Shown in pieces: positions 50,083 through 59,390 of a stretch of DNA of 64,000 nt. Origin of the DNA: Bacteroidota bacterium. GTDB lineage: Bacteria; Bacteroidota; Bacteroidia; Bacteroidales; FEN-979. Where the stretch lies: NCBI GenBank assembly GCA_037128705.1, contig JBAXVX010000001.1:174383-238382 (forward strand), written 5' to 3'. Made by a program: the position numbers and the translations under genes. Positions within the stretch are counted from its first letter, which is position 1, and every line of letters starts with the position of its first letter. The notes under the pieces were generated by a model that worked only from the letters and a program-made list of their open reading frames with translations, was not told where the DNA came from and searched no databases.

Positions 50083-50649
50083 ATGTTCAATCTGATCCTC
50101 TTTGGCCCACCGGGTGCTGGTAAGGGAACCCAGGCCATTAAAATTGCTGAAAAATTCGGCTGGAAGCATATTTCAACGGGCGATATCCTCCGCGCGGAGG
50201 TGAGCCAGGGAACCCCGCTGGGGTTAAAGGTAAAAGCTGTAATGGAAGCGGGCCATCTCGTTTCGGATGAACTGCTGATCGAGATCATGGAGTCGGTATT
50301 TGTTAACAACACGACAGTCACAGGATTTGTACTTGATGGTTTCCCCCGGACGCAGAAACAGGCACAGGAACTCGATCAGATGCTCTCGACCCATGGCCAG
50401 AAGGTGTCAATGGTCCTTGCACTGGAGGTGAACGAGGAAGAACTTGTCAAACGATTGCTGAAACGTGCCCAGGACCAGGGACGCAAGGATGATACCGAAG
50501 AGGTGATCAAGAACCGCCTTGTTCAGTATCACCACCATACCAAACCGTTGATTGATTATTACAAAAACAAGAATCTCTATACGGAAGTTTTTGGTGAAGG
50601 AACAATAGATCAAATATTTGAACAACTTTGTACTGTTATTAAACCCTGA
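50083..50649 (+). CDS. adk: adenylate kinase (short, no zinc lid)
   Basis: 188 aa. P-loop FGPPGAGKGTQ, ISTGDILR. Confidence 0.95.
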   Translation: MFNLILFGPPGAGKGTQAIKIAEKFGWKHISTGDILRAEVSQGTPLGLKVKAVMEAGHLVSDELLIEIMESVFVNNTTVTGFVLDGFPRTQKQAQELDQMLSTHGQKVSMVLALEVNEEELVKRLLKRAQDQGRKDDTEEVIKNRLVQYHHHTKPLIDYYKNKNLYTEVFGEGTIDQIFEQLCTVIKP

Positions 50650-50655
50650 TCCCCC

Positions 50656-51651
50656 TTGTCAGATTCAAACTTTGTCGACTATGTAAAAATACACTGTGCT
50701 TCCGGGAACGGCGGGGCAGGGTCGAGACATTTTATGCGTACCCGCACCAATGCACACGGAGGTCCCGACGGAGGTGACGGCGGCCGGGGCGGCCATGTCA
50801 TCCTTAAAGGAAACAGCCAGTTCTGGACGTTACTGCATCTGAAATTTACAAAACACCTGAAAGCCGAACATGGGGGGGCAGGTTCAAAGCAACTTATGCA
50901 CGGGGCCAATGGCAAGGATATTTTTATCGATGTGCCCCTTGGAACAGTTGCCAGGGATGCAGAGACCGGTGCATTTGAATATGAAATAACGGAGGATGGA
51001 CAAACCTTTATCCTGGTCCCGGGCGGCCGTGGAGGGTTAGGGAATGATCACTTTAAAACACCTACGCGTCAGGCACCGAAATTCGCACAGCCGGGAGAAT
51101 CCGGACTTGAAATGTGGAAGGTCCTGGAGCTAAAACTGTTGGCCGATGTCGGGCTGGTCGGCTTTCCCAATGCCGGTAAATCCACCCTTTTATCGGTTAT
51201 TTCAGCTGCCAAACCGCAGATTGCCGATTACCCGTTTACCACCCTGGTTCCCAACCTGGGTATTGTGAGGTATCATGATAATAAGTCATTTGTCATGGCC
51301 GATATTCCCGGCATTATCGAGGGAGCTCACGAGGGAAAAGGGCTGGGATTGAGATTTTTACGCCACATTGAGCGCAATTCAACCCTGCTGTTCATGGTAC
51401 CGGTCGATTCCAAGGATATACGCAAGGAATATCTCATACTTCTGAATGAACTCGGGCAATACAACCCTGAATTGCTTGATAAGACCAGGGTCCTGGCCGT
51501 CACCAAGGCTGACCTGGCCGACGATGAGATCATCCGCGATATAAAGAAGGATCTGCCTGAAATACCTGTGGTTTTTATCTCGTCACATAAAAAAACCGGA
51601 CTCGAAAAATTGAAGCAGATGTTGTGGGAGGAATTAATCCGTGATGCGTGA
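50656..51651 (+). CDS. obg: GTPase Obg/CgtA
   Basis: 331 aa, TTG start. Gly-rich Obg fold GGDGGRGG, G1 [10 protein letters not shown]4 TKAD. The stop codon lies inside a heptad repeat. Confidence 0.95.
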   Translation: MSDSNFVDYVKIHCASGNGGAGSRHFMRTRTNAHGGPDGGDGGRGGHVILKGNSQFWTLLHLKFTKHLKAEHGGAGSKQLMHGANGKDIFIDVPLGTVARDAETGAFEYEITEDGQTFILVPGGRGGLGNDHFKTPTRQAPKFAQPGESGLEMWKVLELKLLADVGLVGFPNAGKSTLLSVISAAKPQIADYPFTTLVPNLGIVRYHDNKSFVMADIPGIIEGAHEGKGLGLRFLRHIERNSTLLFMVPVDSKDIRKEYLILLNELGQYNPELLDKTRVLAVTKADLADDEIIRDIKKDLPEIPVVFISSHKKTGLEKLKQMLWEELIRDA

Positions 51652-51668
51652 CGCGTGAAGCGTGACAA
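51641..51668. repeat. degenerate heptanucleotide tandem repeat (GTGANGC x4)
   Basis: gtgatgc gtgacgc gtgaagc gtgacaa; contains the obg stop (51649-51651) and the ORF-track GTG of the PAP2 gene. Confidence 0.7.
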
Positions 51669-51676
51669 AAAACCAC

Positions 51677-52243
51677 ATGATGCTGGACAGCTTAAGATCC
51701 ATCGACCAGAACGTTTTTTTTTTCCTTAACGGGCTTCACTGTGCTTTTTTCGATCAGGTCATGTTCTGGGGAACCAAATCTTTGATTTGGCTTCCGCTCT
51801 ATCTGATCCTTTTTTACCTTGTCTTCAGGAAATACAGGTGGCAGGGGTTGTGGATACTCCTGTTTGCAGCCCTCATGATCCTGTTGAGTGACCAGTTGTC
51901 CAACGTTTTCAAGGAATGGATCGTCCGCCTTCGTCCTACACACGAGCCTGGCCTGACGGGGATACACACGGTGAACGGTTATGTTGGAGGTCAGCTGGGG
52001 TTTTATTCTGCACACGCCTCAACAACGATGGCTGTTGCCCTCTTCCTGATTATCATTCTGGGAAACAGCTACCGCTATTTTTCTCCGCTTATCCTTCTTT
52101 GGGCTGTGTTCATGGGCTACACCAGGATCTACCTCGGGGTTCATTACCCGGGTGATATATTAGCCGGGTGGCTGGCGGGTACCCTCATCGGGTTTTGTTT
52201 CGGTGTGGGATGCCTGCAGTTTGTCCGGAAACGGGTGGAGTAG
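51677..52243 (+). CDS. PAP2 family lipid phosphatase
   Basis: ORF track 51662 (GTG inside the heptad repeat); first ATG 51677. PAP2 motifs KEWIVRLRP, SAHAS, TRIYLGVHYPGD. Confidence 0.85.
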   Translation: MMLDSLRSIDQNVFFFLNGLHCAFFDQVMFWGTKSLIWLPLYLILFYLVFRKYRWQGLWILLFAALMILLSDQLSNVFKEWIVRLRPTHEPGLTGIHTVNGYVGGQLGFYSAHASTTMAVALFLIIILGNSYRYFSPLILLWAVFMGYTRIYLGVHYPGDILAGWLAGTLIGFCFGVGCLQFVRKRVE

Positions 52244-52295
52244 CATACCAATTCCGGGATATCTACGTTTATAATTGACTTAATCAAAGATAAGA

Positions 52296-52859
52296 ATGAA
52301 AAAAAAGTTGATAATCATAACATTACTGATTTTTACTTTCTCGCAGGCAACATTCACCACCTATGCCAAAGGTTCGCTGGATCCGGTGAAGTTGGGAACC
52401 TGGGTGATAAATATTGGCCTGGGGCCGGGTACGCATGCTTTTGGCAATGGCGCAGGATTTGGACCCGCCCTGAAGGGCTCCTTTGAAACCGGGATGTTTG
52501 ATCTGGGACCCGGGGTGATCACCCTGGGCGGTGAAGCCGCCTTTTCATTTTTCAGTCAGCATTACGGGCAGGACTGGAATGAAACCTGGGTGAATTTTAT
52601 GTTTGGGGCACGTGCGGCTTACCATTATGGCTGGAATGTTGAAGGACTTGACACATACGGCGGTGTGCCGCTGGGAATAGGGTTTAGTGCACATGCTGTT
52701 GATGAAAATCCGGGGAGCAAGGGATATTCACCGGTTTATCCATACGTCGGCATCTTCTTTGGCGCCTCCTATTTTTTCACAAAATCGTTCGGGATCAACG
52801 GGGAGTTTGGTTATAATTCCACCTATGCCAATATTGGAGTGATCTTCAAACTGAAGTAG
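52296..52859 (+). CDS. small secreted Gly/aromatic-rich protein, probable outer-membrane beta-barrel
   Basis: 187 aa. Signal peptide ..FTTYAKG, alternating hydrophobic pattern, repeated GxG/aromatic strands, C-terminal ..NIGVIFKLK. Confidence 0.45.
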   Translation: MKKKLIIITLLIFTFSQATFTTYAKGSLDPVKLGTWVINIGLGPGTHAFGNGAGFGPALKGSFETGMFDLGPGVITLGGEAAFSFFSQHYGQDWNETWVNFMFGARAAYHYGWNVEGLDTYGGVPLGIGFSAHAVDENPGSKGYSPVYPYVGIFFGASYFFTKSFGINGEFGYNSTYANIGVIFKLK

Positions 52860-52868
52860 GGGACAGGA

Positions 52869-53330
52869 TCAATAACCGTAAACCCGGCCTTCAAATCGTT
52901 CAACCTTGATTTTCATCACATTAACTTCACGAATGGAGGGTGGGTTGAATTTGAATTCTCCTTTGGCATAATGTGCCATAACGAGTTGGAAAACAGCTTT
53001 CTTTTCTTCCGGTTCATTGATGAATTCCACCTTCCCGTAACACAACACACTCCGGTATTTCATGCTCCATGAACAGGCGACCTCTTCATTCTGGTAGCGC
53101 AGTAAATGATCAGTGGTGAAATTGATGCAAACTTCCGGATGTTGTTTTAAAATATCAACCTTCTTGCCATTTTGGGCACCATGAAGATAGATCATTCCGT
53201 CGCTGTAGCCGAAATTCATGGGGATAACATAGGGTTTGCCATCCATATCGGTCATGGCTACATGACAAACCTGGCAACGCTGAATGATATCAACGAGTTC
53301 CCGGTTCTCAGAAATTGCGCGTGCTCTCAT
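52869..53330 (-). CDS. pyridoxamine 5'-phosphate oxidase-like FMN-binding family protein
   Basis: ORF track 52869..53387; ATG 53330 lies 22 nt downstream of a minus-strand TATCTTTG box (53353-53360). ..CHVAMTDMDGKPYVIPMNFGY..IYLHGA.. split-barrel pattern. Confidence 0.7.
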   Translation of the reverse strand: MRARAISENRELVDIIQRCQVCHVAMTDMDGKPYVIPMNFGYSDGMIYLHGAQNGKKVDILKQHPEVCINFTTDHLLRYQNEEVACSWSMKYRSVLCYGKVEFINEPEEKKAVFQLVMAHYAKGEFKFNPPSIREVNVMKIKVERFEGRVYGY

Positions 53331-53352
53331 CGTATCTGACTTAACGTTCCGG

Positions 53353-53360
53353 CAAAGATA
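53353..53360 (-). promoter_or_regulatory. candidate -7 box (TATCTTTG) for PNPOx-like gene
   Basis: TAnnTTTG match on the minus strand, 22 nt upstream of ATG 53330. Confidence 0.45.
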
Positions 53361-53443
53361 CATAAATTGATTTTGTGATAAATTCATTTAATGAATCTAC
53401 TGACTTCCACAGGCAGCCTGTATGAAATGTGAAAAATGTCATG

Positions 53444-53451
53444 TACATTTG
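53444..53451 (+). promoter_or_regulatory. candidate -7 box (TACATTTG) for xseA-xseB
   Basis: TAnnTTTG match, 37 nt upstream of ATG 53489; a heptad repeat lies between the box and the ATG. Confidence 0.4.
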
Positions 53452-53464
53452 ATTGTGACAATCT

Positions 53465-53485
53465 CACGCTTCACGCCCCAACGCA
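53465..53485. repeat. degenerate heptanucleotide tandem repeat (CACGCNN x3, weaker)
   Basis: cacgctt cacgccc caacgca, located between the xseA -7 box and the xseA ATG. Confidence 0.5.
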
Positions 53486-53488
53486 ATC

Positions 53489-54904
53489 ATGCCGGAAAAA
53501 GTAAATGAACGAACCATTTTTTCTCTGCTGGAGGTCACCCTCAGCATCCGGAAAACCCTTGAGGAGAGATATACCAGTTCCTTTTGGGTTAAGGCGGAGA
53601 TGAATAAACTGAACCTCTACCCCCAATCCGGACATTGTTACCCCGACCTGGTTGAAAAAACCGATGGTAAGATTGTGGCGGAAATAAGATCAACCATCTG
53701 GAAAGATGATTTTCAGAGAATCAATGATAATTTTCTGAACATCCTGCATGAACCATTGAAAAACGGGATCAATATTCTTTTCTCGGCGAGGGTGTCCTAT
53801 CATCCGGTGCATGGCCTGAGTCTAAGGATCCTCGATATTGATCCTTCCTGGTCGCTGGGGGAACTCGAGAAGGAAAAACAGCAGACCATTGAAAAAATGC
53901 GCAGGGAGGGTCTTTTTGACCGGAACAGATCCCTTGCGCTCGCCCTGCTTCCAAAACGAATAGCCATCATCTCAGTCGGGACGAGTAAAGGTTATGCTGA
54001 TTTCCGGAAGGTTATTGATGGCAACGGCTGGGGATACAATTTTTTCCACATGCTTTTTCCCGCCTTGCTCCAGGGTGAAAATGCAGTGGAATCCCTGATC
54101 GCCGCCCTCGAAAAGATCAGGAGTGTGAAATCCCATTTCGATGTGGTTGCCATCATCCGGGGTGGAGGAGGGGATGTTGGTTTGACATGCTACAACAACT
54201 ATATGCTGTCGAAAGCAATCGCACTGTTCCCGCTTCCTGTCATCACAGGGATCGGCCATTCAACCAATGAAACCGTGGCCGAGATGGTTGCATTCCACAA
54301 TACCATAACCCCGACAGACCTGGCAGATTACCTGATCCAGAAATTTCATAATTTTTCGGTTCCTGTCCAAAAGGCTCAAGAAACCATTGTTCAGCATTTC
54401 ACGCGGATGATCACGGATGAAAAATTAAGGATACTGAACGCGGTGCGGTACTTCAGATCTGTTGCATTGGCAGGACTGACGCAGCGTAAAAATGAAATCA
54501 GTCATGAAATCAGGGCATTGCAACAGGAATCAAAATACTGGCTGCAACAGAAACGTGCATCGGATATCCATCAGAATGTACTGCTCATCGAAAAAGGTTC
54601 CAGACGGATCCTGATGGCACAGGACCAGGTCATCGGGAGTGCCGGGAAAAACGTGTCAGAGAAAATACAAAATTTCATCCGGGACGAGTTGCAAGTCATT
54701 TCAGCAATTGAAAAGAATGTTGAATTGCTGGACCCGGTGAATATTTTAAACCGCGGATACAGCATTACTGTCATGCTGGATGGCGGTAAGGTGTTGAAGA
54801 CCGTTGATGATGTCGGGCAGGGGGCCAGGTTGAAAACAATGCTGGCCGATGGAAATATAATCAGTATTACCCAATGGGCAGATAAATCGAAAAAACATGA
54901 ATAA
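53489..54904 (+). CDS. xseA: exodeoxyribonuclease VII large subunit
   Basis: 471 aa. OB N-domain (FWVKAEMNKLNLYPQSGHCYPDL), IIRGGGG motif, long coiled C-terminal region. Confidence 0.9.
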   Translation: MPEKVNERTIFSLLEVTLSIRKTLEERYTSSFWVKAEMNKLNLYPQSGHCYPDLVEKTDGKIVAEIRSTIWKDDFQRINDNFLNILHEPLKNGINILFSARVSYHPVHGLSLRILDIDPSWSLGELEKEKQQTIEKMRREGLFDRNRSLALALLPKRIAIISVGTSKGYADFRKVIDGNGWGYNFFHMLFPALLQGENAVESLIAALEKIRSVKSHFDVVAIIRGGGGDVGLTCYNNYMLSKAIALFPLPVITGIGHSTNETVAEMVAFHNTITPTDLADYLIQKFHNFSVPVQKAQETIVQHFTRMITDEKLRILNAVRYFRSVALAGLTQRKNEISHEIRALQQESKYWLQQKRASDIHQNVLLIEKGSRRILMAQDQVIGSAGKNVSEKIQNFIRDELQVISAIEKNVELLDPVNILNRGYSITVMLDGGKVLKTVDDVGQGARLKTMLADGNIISITQWADKSKKHE

Positions 54905-55106
54905 AGAGCCAAACTATTCGGAAGCGTTTAACGAACTCCAGAAAATCGTCTCCGAAATCGAAGGGGGAGATATCTCCGTTGATGAATTGTCAGAAAAGGT
55001 CAAGAGAGCCGCCCTGCTGATCAGGATCTGCAAAAATAAACTTACCTCGACCGAAGAAGATGTGTCCCGGATCCTGAAGGAACTTGAATCAGATCGCGGG
55101 AGTTGA
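54897..55106 (+). CDS. xseB: exodeoxyribonuclease VII small subunit
   Basis: 69 aa. Overlaps the xseA end by 8 nt; ..YSEAFNELQKIVSEIEGGDISVDEL.. is typical XseB. Confidence 0.85.
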   Translation: MNKEPNYSEAFNELQKIVSEIEGGDISVDELSEKVKRAALLIRICKNKLTSTEEDVSRILKELESDRGS

Positions 55107-55143
55107 AATGAAACCGGCGTTACGTGACTATCAAATTTTTCCG

Positions 55144-56514
55144 TCACGAAAACAGCTTCCGGTAGATCTCCTCGATCTTGCCCACGGTGATGATCTGAAT
55201 GGAATACCGTTTAAAATCCAATCCTTTGGTATTGTAACGGGAGATGAAAATCCGCTCAAAACCAAGCTTGTCGGCTTCGGAGATGCGTTGTTCCACCCGG
55301 TTGATGGGCCTGATTTCACCGCTAAGCCCGACCTCGGCGGCAAAACAACTCTTTGAATCAACAGGGGAGTCCTGGTTTGAAGAGAGTACGGCGGCAACCA
55401 CAGCCAGGTCAATGGCCGGATCTTCCACCTTGATGCCCCCGGCAATGTTCAGGAAAACATCCTTGTGTCCCAGTTTGAAACCACTGCGTTTTTCAAGTAC
55501 GGCAAGCAGCATGTTCAGGCGCCGAACGTCAAATCCGGTGGTTGACCGCTGGGGTGTGCCATATACTGCACTGCTCACCAGGGCCTGTGTTTCAATGAGC
55601 ATCGGGCGCTGTCCCTCCATCATTGCGGCGATTGCAATGCCGCTCACCGCCTCATCCCGCTGGCTGAGCAGTATCTCCGAAGGATTCGATACTTCGCGCA
55701 GCCCTGCATCATTCATCTCATAGATTCCAAGTTCGGAAGTTGATCCAAACCGGTTCTTCAATGAACGCAGGATCCGGTAACCATAATTCCGGTCCCCTTC
55801 AAATTGCAGCACGGTGTCGACCATGTGCTCCAGGATCTTCGGCCCGGCCAGGCTGCCGTCCTTGGTGATGTGACCGATCAGGAAAACCGGGGTATTGGTC
55901 AGTTTTGAATATTTCTGCATCTCCGCTGCACACTCTTTGATCTGTGAAACGCTGCCAGCCGATGACTCGATAAGGTCGGTTTGCAAGGTTTGAATGGAAT
56001 CGGCAATGATGATGCCGGGACGCAGGGATTCGAGGTGCTGAAAAATCGACTGGGTGTTGGTCTCCGTAAGGATAAAGCAGTTTTCGTTCCTGATTCCAAG
56101 CCGTTCGGCCCGCATACGGATCTGCTGGTCACTTTCCTCTCCCGTTATATAAAGAATTTTCTGGTCGTCGCATTTGAGCGCCACCTGTAACATCAGGGTC
56201 GACTTGCCAATGCCTGGTTCACCCCCGATCAGGGTGAGCGAACCAGGAACAAGCCCCCCGCCCAACACCCTGTTAAGCTCCTGGTCATGGGTGTTCATGC
56301 GGGCTTCATGGCTGAAGGTGACTTCTGAGATTTTGACTGGCGCAACCTGCCTCCGGTCGCCAAAGGAGGCTTTTACCGAACCCTTTTCCTCCCGCTGAAT
56401 GACCTCTTCAACAAAAGTGTTCCACTCCCCGCATGAATTGCACCGGCCCAGCCATTTGGGGGACTGGGCGCCGCAGTTTTGACAGAAAAATGCAGTTTTA
56501 ACTTTTGACATCAC
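55144..56514 (-). CDS. radA: DNA repair protein RadA/Sms
   Basis: 456 aa. Zinc finger CQNCGAQSPKWLGRCNSCGEW, Walker A GGEPGIGKST, KNRFG motif, Lon-like C-domain. Confidence 0.96.
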   Translation of the reverse strand: MMSKVKTAFFCQNCGAQSPKWLGRCNSCGEWNTFVEEVIQREEKGSVKASFGDRRQVAPVKISEVTFSHEARMNTHDQELNRVLGGGLVPGSLTLIGGEPGIGKSTLMLQVALKCDDQKILYITGEESDQQIRMRAERLGIRNENCFILTETNTQSIFQHLESLRPGIIIADSIQTLQTDLIESSAGSVSQIKECAAEMQKYSKLTNTPVFLIGHITKDGSLAGPKILEHMVDTVLQFEGDRNYGYRILRSLKNRFGSTSELGIYEMNDAGLREVSNPSEILLSQRDEAVSGIAIAAMMEGQRPMLIETQALVSSAVYGTPQRSTTGFDVRRLNMLLAVLEKRSGFKLGHKDVFLNIAGGIKVEDPAIDLAVVAAVLSSNQDSPVDSKSCFAAEVGLSGEIRPINRVEQRISEADKLGFERIFISRYNTKGLDFKRYSIQIITVGKIEEIYRKLFS

Positions 56515-56516
56515 TG

Positions 56517-57014
56517 TTAAATATGCACCTTGTGCGCCAGTTCAATGACATGGGTGGTGGAATATCCTTTGGTCAGTTCGATGGTCACTACCTGGCCGCC
56601 ACGTGCTTTTACCACCTCACTGCCAACGATTTCCTTGCCGTCATAATCCTTGCCTTTTACCAGGATATCCGGCTGAACGAGTTTGATGATTTCCTGTGGG
56701 GTATCCTCACCAAACAGGATCACACAATCCACAAATCGCATAGCTGCCAGCGTTATGGCCCGAGCCTCCTGGTTGTTTACCGGACGGTGGGCGCCTTTTA
56801 TCCGTCTCACCGAATCGTCGGAGTTGAGTCCCACGATCAGTATATTACCCAGGTCGCGGGCTTTGGCCAGGTATTCCACATGCCCGAGATGCAATACATC
56901 AAAGCATCCGTTGCTGAATACAATTTTTTTATCCTGGAAACGCCATATTCCGATCTGTTTCTGAAGACGATCCCAGGTATATATTTTCGCTCTAATAATT
57001 TCAAGACTTTCCAT
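56517..57014 (-). CDS. cytidylyl/adenylyltransferase, RfaE domain II-like (D-glycero-beta-D-manno-heptose 1-phosphate adenylyltransferase)
   Basis: 165 aa. NGCFDVLHLGHVEYL nucleotidyltransferase motif. Confidence 0.8.
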   Translation of the reverse strand: MESLEIIRAKIYTWDRLQKQIGIWRFQDKKIVFSNGCFDVLHLGHVEYLAKARDLGNILIVGLNSDDSVRRIKGAHRPVNNQEARAITLAAMRFVDCVILFGEDTPQEIIKLVQPDILVKGKDYDGKEIVGSEVVKARGGQVVTIELTKGYSTTHVIELAHKVHI

Positions 57015-58044
57015 GGGCTTCTTTATTAAATGAAAGTAGTATCAATGAAATCCCTCCGATCAGCAGGATCATTCCGGTTTGGGCAGTCCAGGCAATCCAG
57101 CCCAGGGCCATTCCAGTCGGGCGCAATATACCATACAAAGAAAGAGTTTCCTGGATAATCGCCGGATAAAGTCCGATTCCTCCTGGGGTGATCATGATCC
57201 CGACACTTCCGAGAACCAGCGATGAAAGACCGGCACCGGGGGTAAGTGCGCTGGTGTCGGCAAAACAGAAAAAACAGACATACAGCATGAAAAAATAAAG
57301 GGTCCAGATGGCAACGGAATAAAAAGCAAAAAGGCCAGGCTGACGCATCTGGCCAAGCGATTTTAATCCTTCCCAAAAGCCAAGGATCAGCTTTTGTATT
57401 TTTATGACAAAGCGGGAGGCAACAATCTTTTTACGCATCATGAAAATGAGGGAAATAATCACGGCAATGATGATCATGGATGAAATAAGGAACATCCTGT
57501 TCGCAATCGGGTTCTGGAATTTTTCAGCCAGCTTCGGATAAATGCTGGCATTCAGGTAATGGCCGATCGTGCCGGCCTGTGTCACAATCATGAGCAGGAA
57601 CAGGAGAAAGAAACAAATCATGTCGATGGCCCGTTCAGTAATGACTGTTCCGAATGATTTGTTGAAGGGAATATTCTCGTAACGGGCGAGGATTCCGCAC
57701 CTGGTTACCTCTCCGAGCCTTGGAAAGGCAAGGTTGGCAAAATATCCAACCATCACGGCAAAAAAGGTGTTTTTGAAGGAGGGTTTATATCCCATGGGTT
57801 CAAAAAAAAGCATCCAGCGAAGTGACCGCAGCACATGACTGAGGATCCCCATCACGATGGTCAGGATGACCCAGGAGTAATTTGCTATCCGGAATGAATG
57901 GAGGATCTGGTCTTTTTCAAGCGGGGTCAGCCCGCGCAGGGAGAGCCATATGATAAAAATCCCCAGTCCAAGGAACAATATAAATTTAAGAAAGGTGACT
58001 ACCCGGTTGTTTTTGGATATTTCTTCGGCTGGGATCAGATTCAT
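57001..58044 (-). CDS. flippase-like / lysylphosphatidylglycerol-synthase TM-region family membrane protein (UPF0104)
   Basis: 347 aa, about 8 TM helices. ..LRSLRWMLF.. and ..AFPRLGEVTRC.. blocks typical of the family. Confidence 0.65.
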   Translation of the reverse strand: MNLIPAEEISKNNRVVTFLKFILFLGLGIFIIWLSLRGLTPLEKDQILHSFRIANYSWVILTIVMGILSHVLRSLRWMLFFEPMGYKPSFKNTFFAVMVGYFANLAFPRLGEVTRCGILARYENIPFNKSFGTVITERAIDMICFFLLFLLMIVTQAGTIGHYLNASIYPKLAEKFQNPIANRMFLISSMIIIAVIISLIFMMRKKIVASRFVIKIQKLILGFWEGLKSLGQMRQPGLFAFYSVAIWTLYFFMLYVCFFCFADTSALTPGAGLSSLVLGSVGIMITPGGIGLYPAIIQETLSLYGILRPTGMALGWIAWTAQTGMILLIGGISLILLSFNKEAHGKS

Positions 58045-58412
58045 TATGGTTTTGTTTTACCCTGGATGAGCTTGTTTTTTGAATCGACAAATGCAATGGA
58101 TGGTTTGAAGTTCTTTGCTTCTTCAAAATCCATGGTGGCATAGGATACAATAATCACAAGGTCGTTGGGTAAAAACTTACGGGCAGCGGCTCCATTCAGG
58201 CATATAACACCACTTCCCCTTTTTCCTTTGATTACATATGTTTCAATCCGTTCGCCATTGTTGATGTTCAACACCTGCACCTTCTCAAATTCAATAAGGT
58301 TTGAGACCTTCATCAGCGCTTCATCAATGGTGATGCTGCCTATGTAGTTAATGTCAGCGTCAGTGACGGTGGCACGATGGATTTTCGATTTTAAAACTTG
58401 AATCTGCATCAT
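58044..58412 (-). CDS. panD: aspartate 1-decarboxylase
   Basis: 122 aa. [23 protein letters not shown] with the self-processing G-S site. Confidence 0.95.
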   Translation of the reverse strand: MMQIQVLKSKIHRATVTDADINYIGSITIDEALMKVSNLIEFEKVQVLNINNGERIETYVIKGKRGSGVICLNGAAARKFLPNDLVIIVSYATMDFEEAKNFKPSIAFVDSKNKLIQGKTKP

Positions 58413-58421
58413 GCGGCAAAA

Positions 58422-59273
58422 TTACGAAAAAAGTTCAATATTGTCAATCAGCCGCACATCCCCCAGGAAAACAGCGACAAACGCCATCGCCTTTTCTTTA
58501 TAGATCCAGTTCTCCAGGGGCATCAGGGTATCTTTGTCGCCTATTTCGAAATATTCAACCCGAAGCGCAGGGTTCTCCTCTATTTTCTTAATGGCCCATT
58601 CCTTTAACACCTTCACCGGGATCTTCCCTGCTTTTTTTTTCACCTGTAACAGGATTTCGTAGATTTTCGGCGCCAGATTTCTTTCAGAGATAGTCAGCCG
58701 CATGTTCCGTGAACTCATCGCCAGACCGTCGGGTTCCCGGACAGTTTCACAGGGAATGATCTTCACCGGAAGTGAAAAGGACTCAACCATGAAGCGGATG
58801 ACAGCCAGTTGTTGAAAATCTTTCGTTCCGAAATAGGCCCGGGTGGGTAAAACAATATCAAATAATTTCTTCACAACAATAGCGACACCCCTGAAATGAC
58901 CCGGCCTGAACTTACCCTCCATCACCTTGTCAAGCATTCCGAATTCAATCTCGAGGGAGGGAATTTCATTTTCAGGATACATTTCGGCGGTTTCCGGCGC
59001 AAAAAGCACATTGCATCCGTTCTCCTCCAGCATTTTTGCATCTGAATTGAGTGAGCGCGGATATTTTTCCAGGTCGGCCTTGTTGTTAAACTGAATGGGG
59101 TTGACAAACACGCTGCAAACAGTCAGATCATTCTCTTTTGCCGACCGGTGAACAAGGGTCAGATGCCCCTTGTGGAGGGCCCCCATGGTTGGAACAAATC
59201 CTATACTTTTACCAGCTTCTCTCTGATGTTGCAGATAGGTTTGTGTTTCCCTGATCGTGGTGAATTGCTTCAT
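58422..59273 (-). CDS. panC: pantoate--beta-alanine ligase
   Basis: 283 aa. FVPTMGALHKGHLTL (HxGH) motif. Confidence 0.95.
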   Translation of the reverse strand: MKQFTTIRETQTYLQHQREAGKSIGFVPTMGALHKGHLTLVHRSAKENDLTVCSVFVNPIQFNNKADLEKYPRSLNSDAKMLEENGCNVLFAPETAEMYPENEIPSLEIEFGMLDKVMEGKFRPGHFRGVAIVVKKLFDIVLPTRAYFGTKDFQQLAVIRFMVESFSLPVKIIPCETVREPDGLAMSSRNMRLTISERNLAPKIYEILLQVKKKAGKIPVKVLKEWAIKKIEENPALRVEYFEIGDKDTLMPLENWIYKEKAMAFVAVFLGDVRLIDNIELFS

Positions 59274-59328
59274 GGTCTTGAGATGAATGAAGGTAAAAAG
59301 AGCCTGACCTGTTGTTCATGCAAAGTTG

Positions 59329-59360
59329 CAAAAAAACCATCCTGAATCAACAGGATGGTT
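59329..59360 (-). terminator. rho-independent terminator after amt
   Basis: Minus strand: aaccatcctg-ttgatt-caggatggtt followed by ttttttt, 30 nt after the amt stop. Confidence 0.8.
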
Positions 59361-59390
59361 CTTAAAAATCGGTACACACAATAAATGTGA

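Noticed and set aside
55123-55148. cgtgac-N14-gtcacg hairpin between xseB and radA, considered as a fourth copy of the GTGAC-type repeat or as a bidirectional terminator.
   Set aside because: It has only a 6-bp stem with a 14-nt loop, no 7-nt periodicity and no flanking T-run on either strand, and it overlaps the radA stop. A 9-mer shared with the M1-gene repeat (cgtcacgaa) is within chance expectation.
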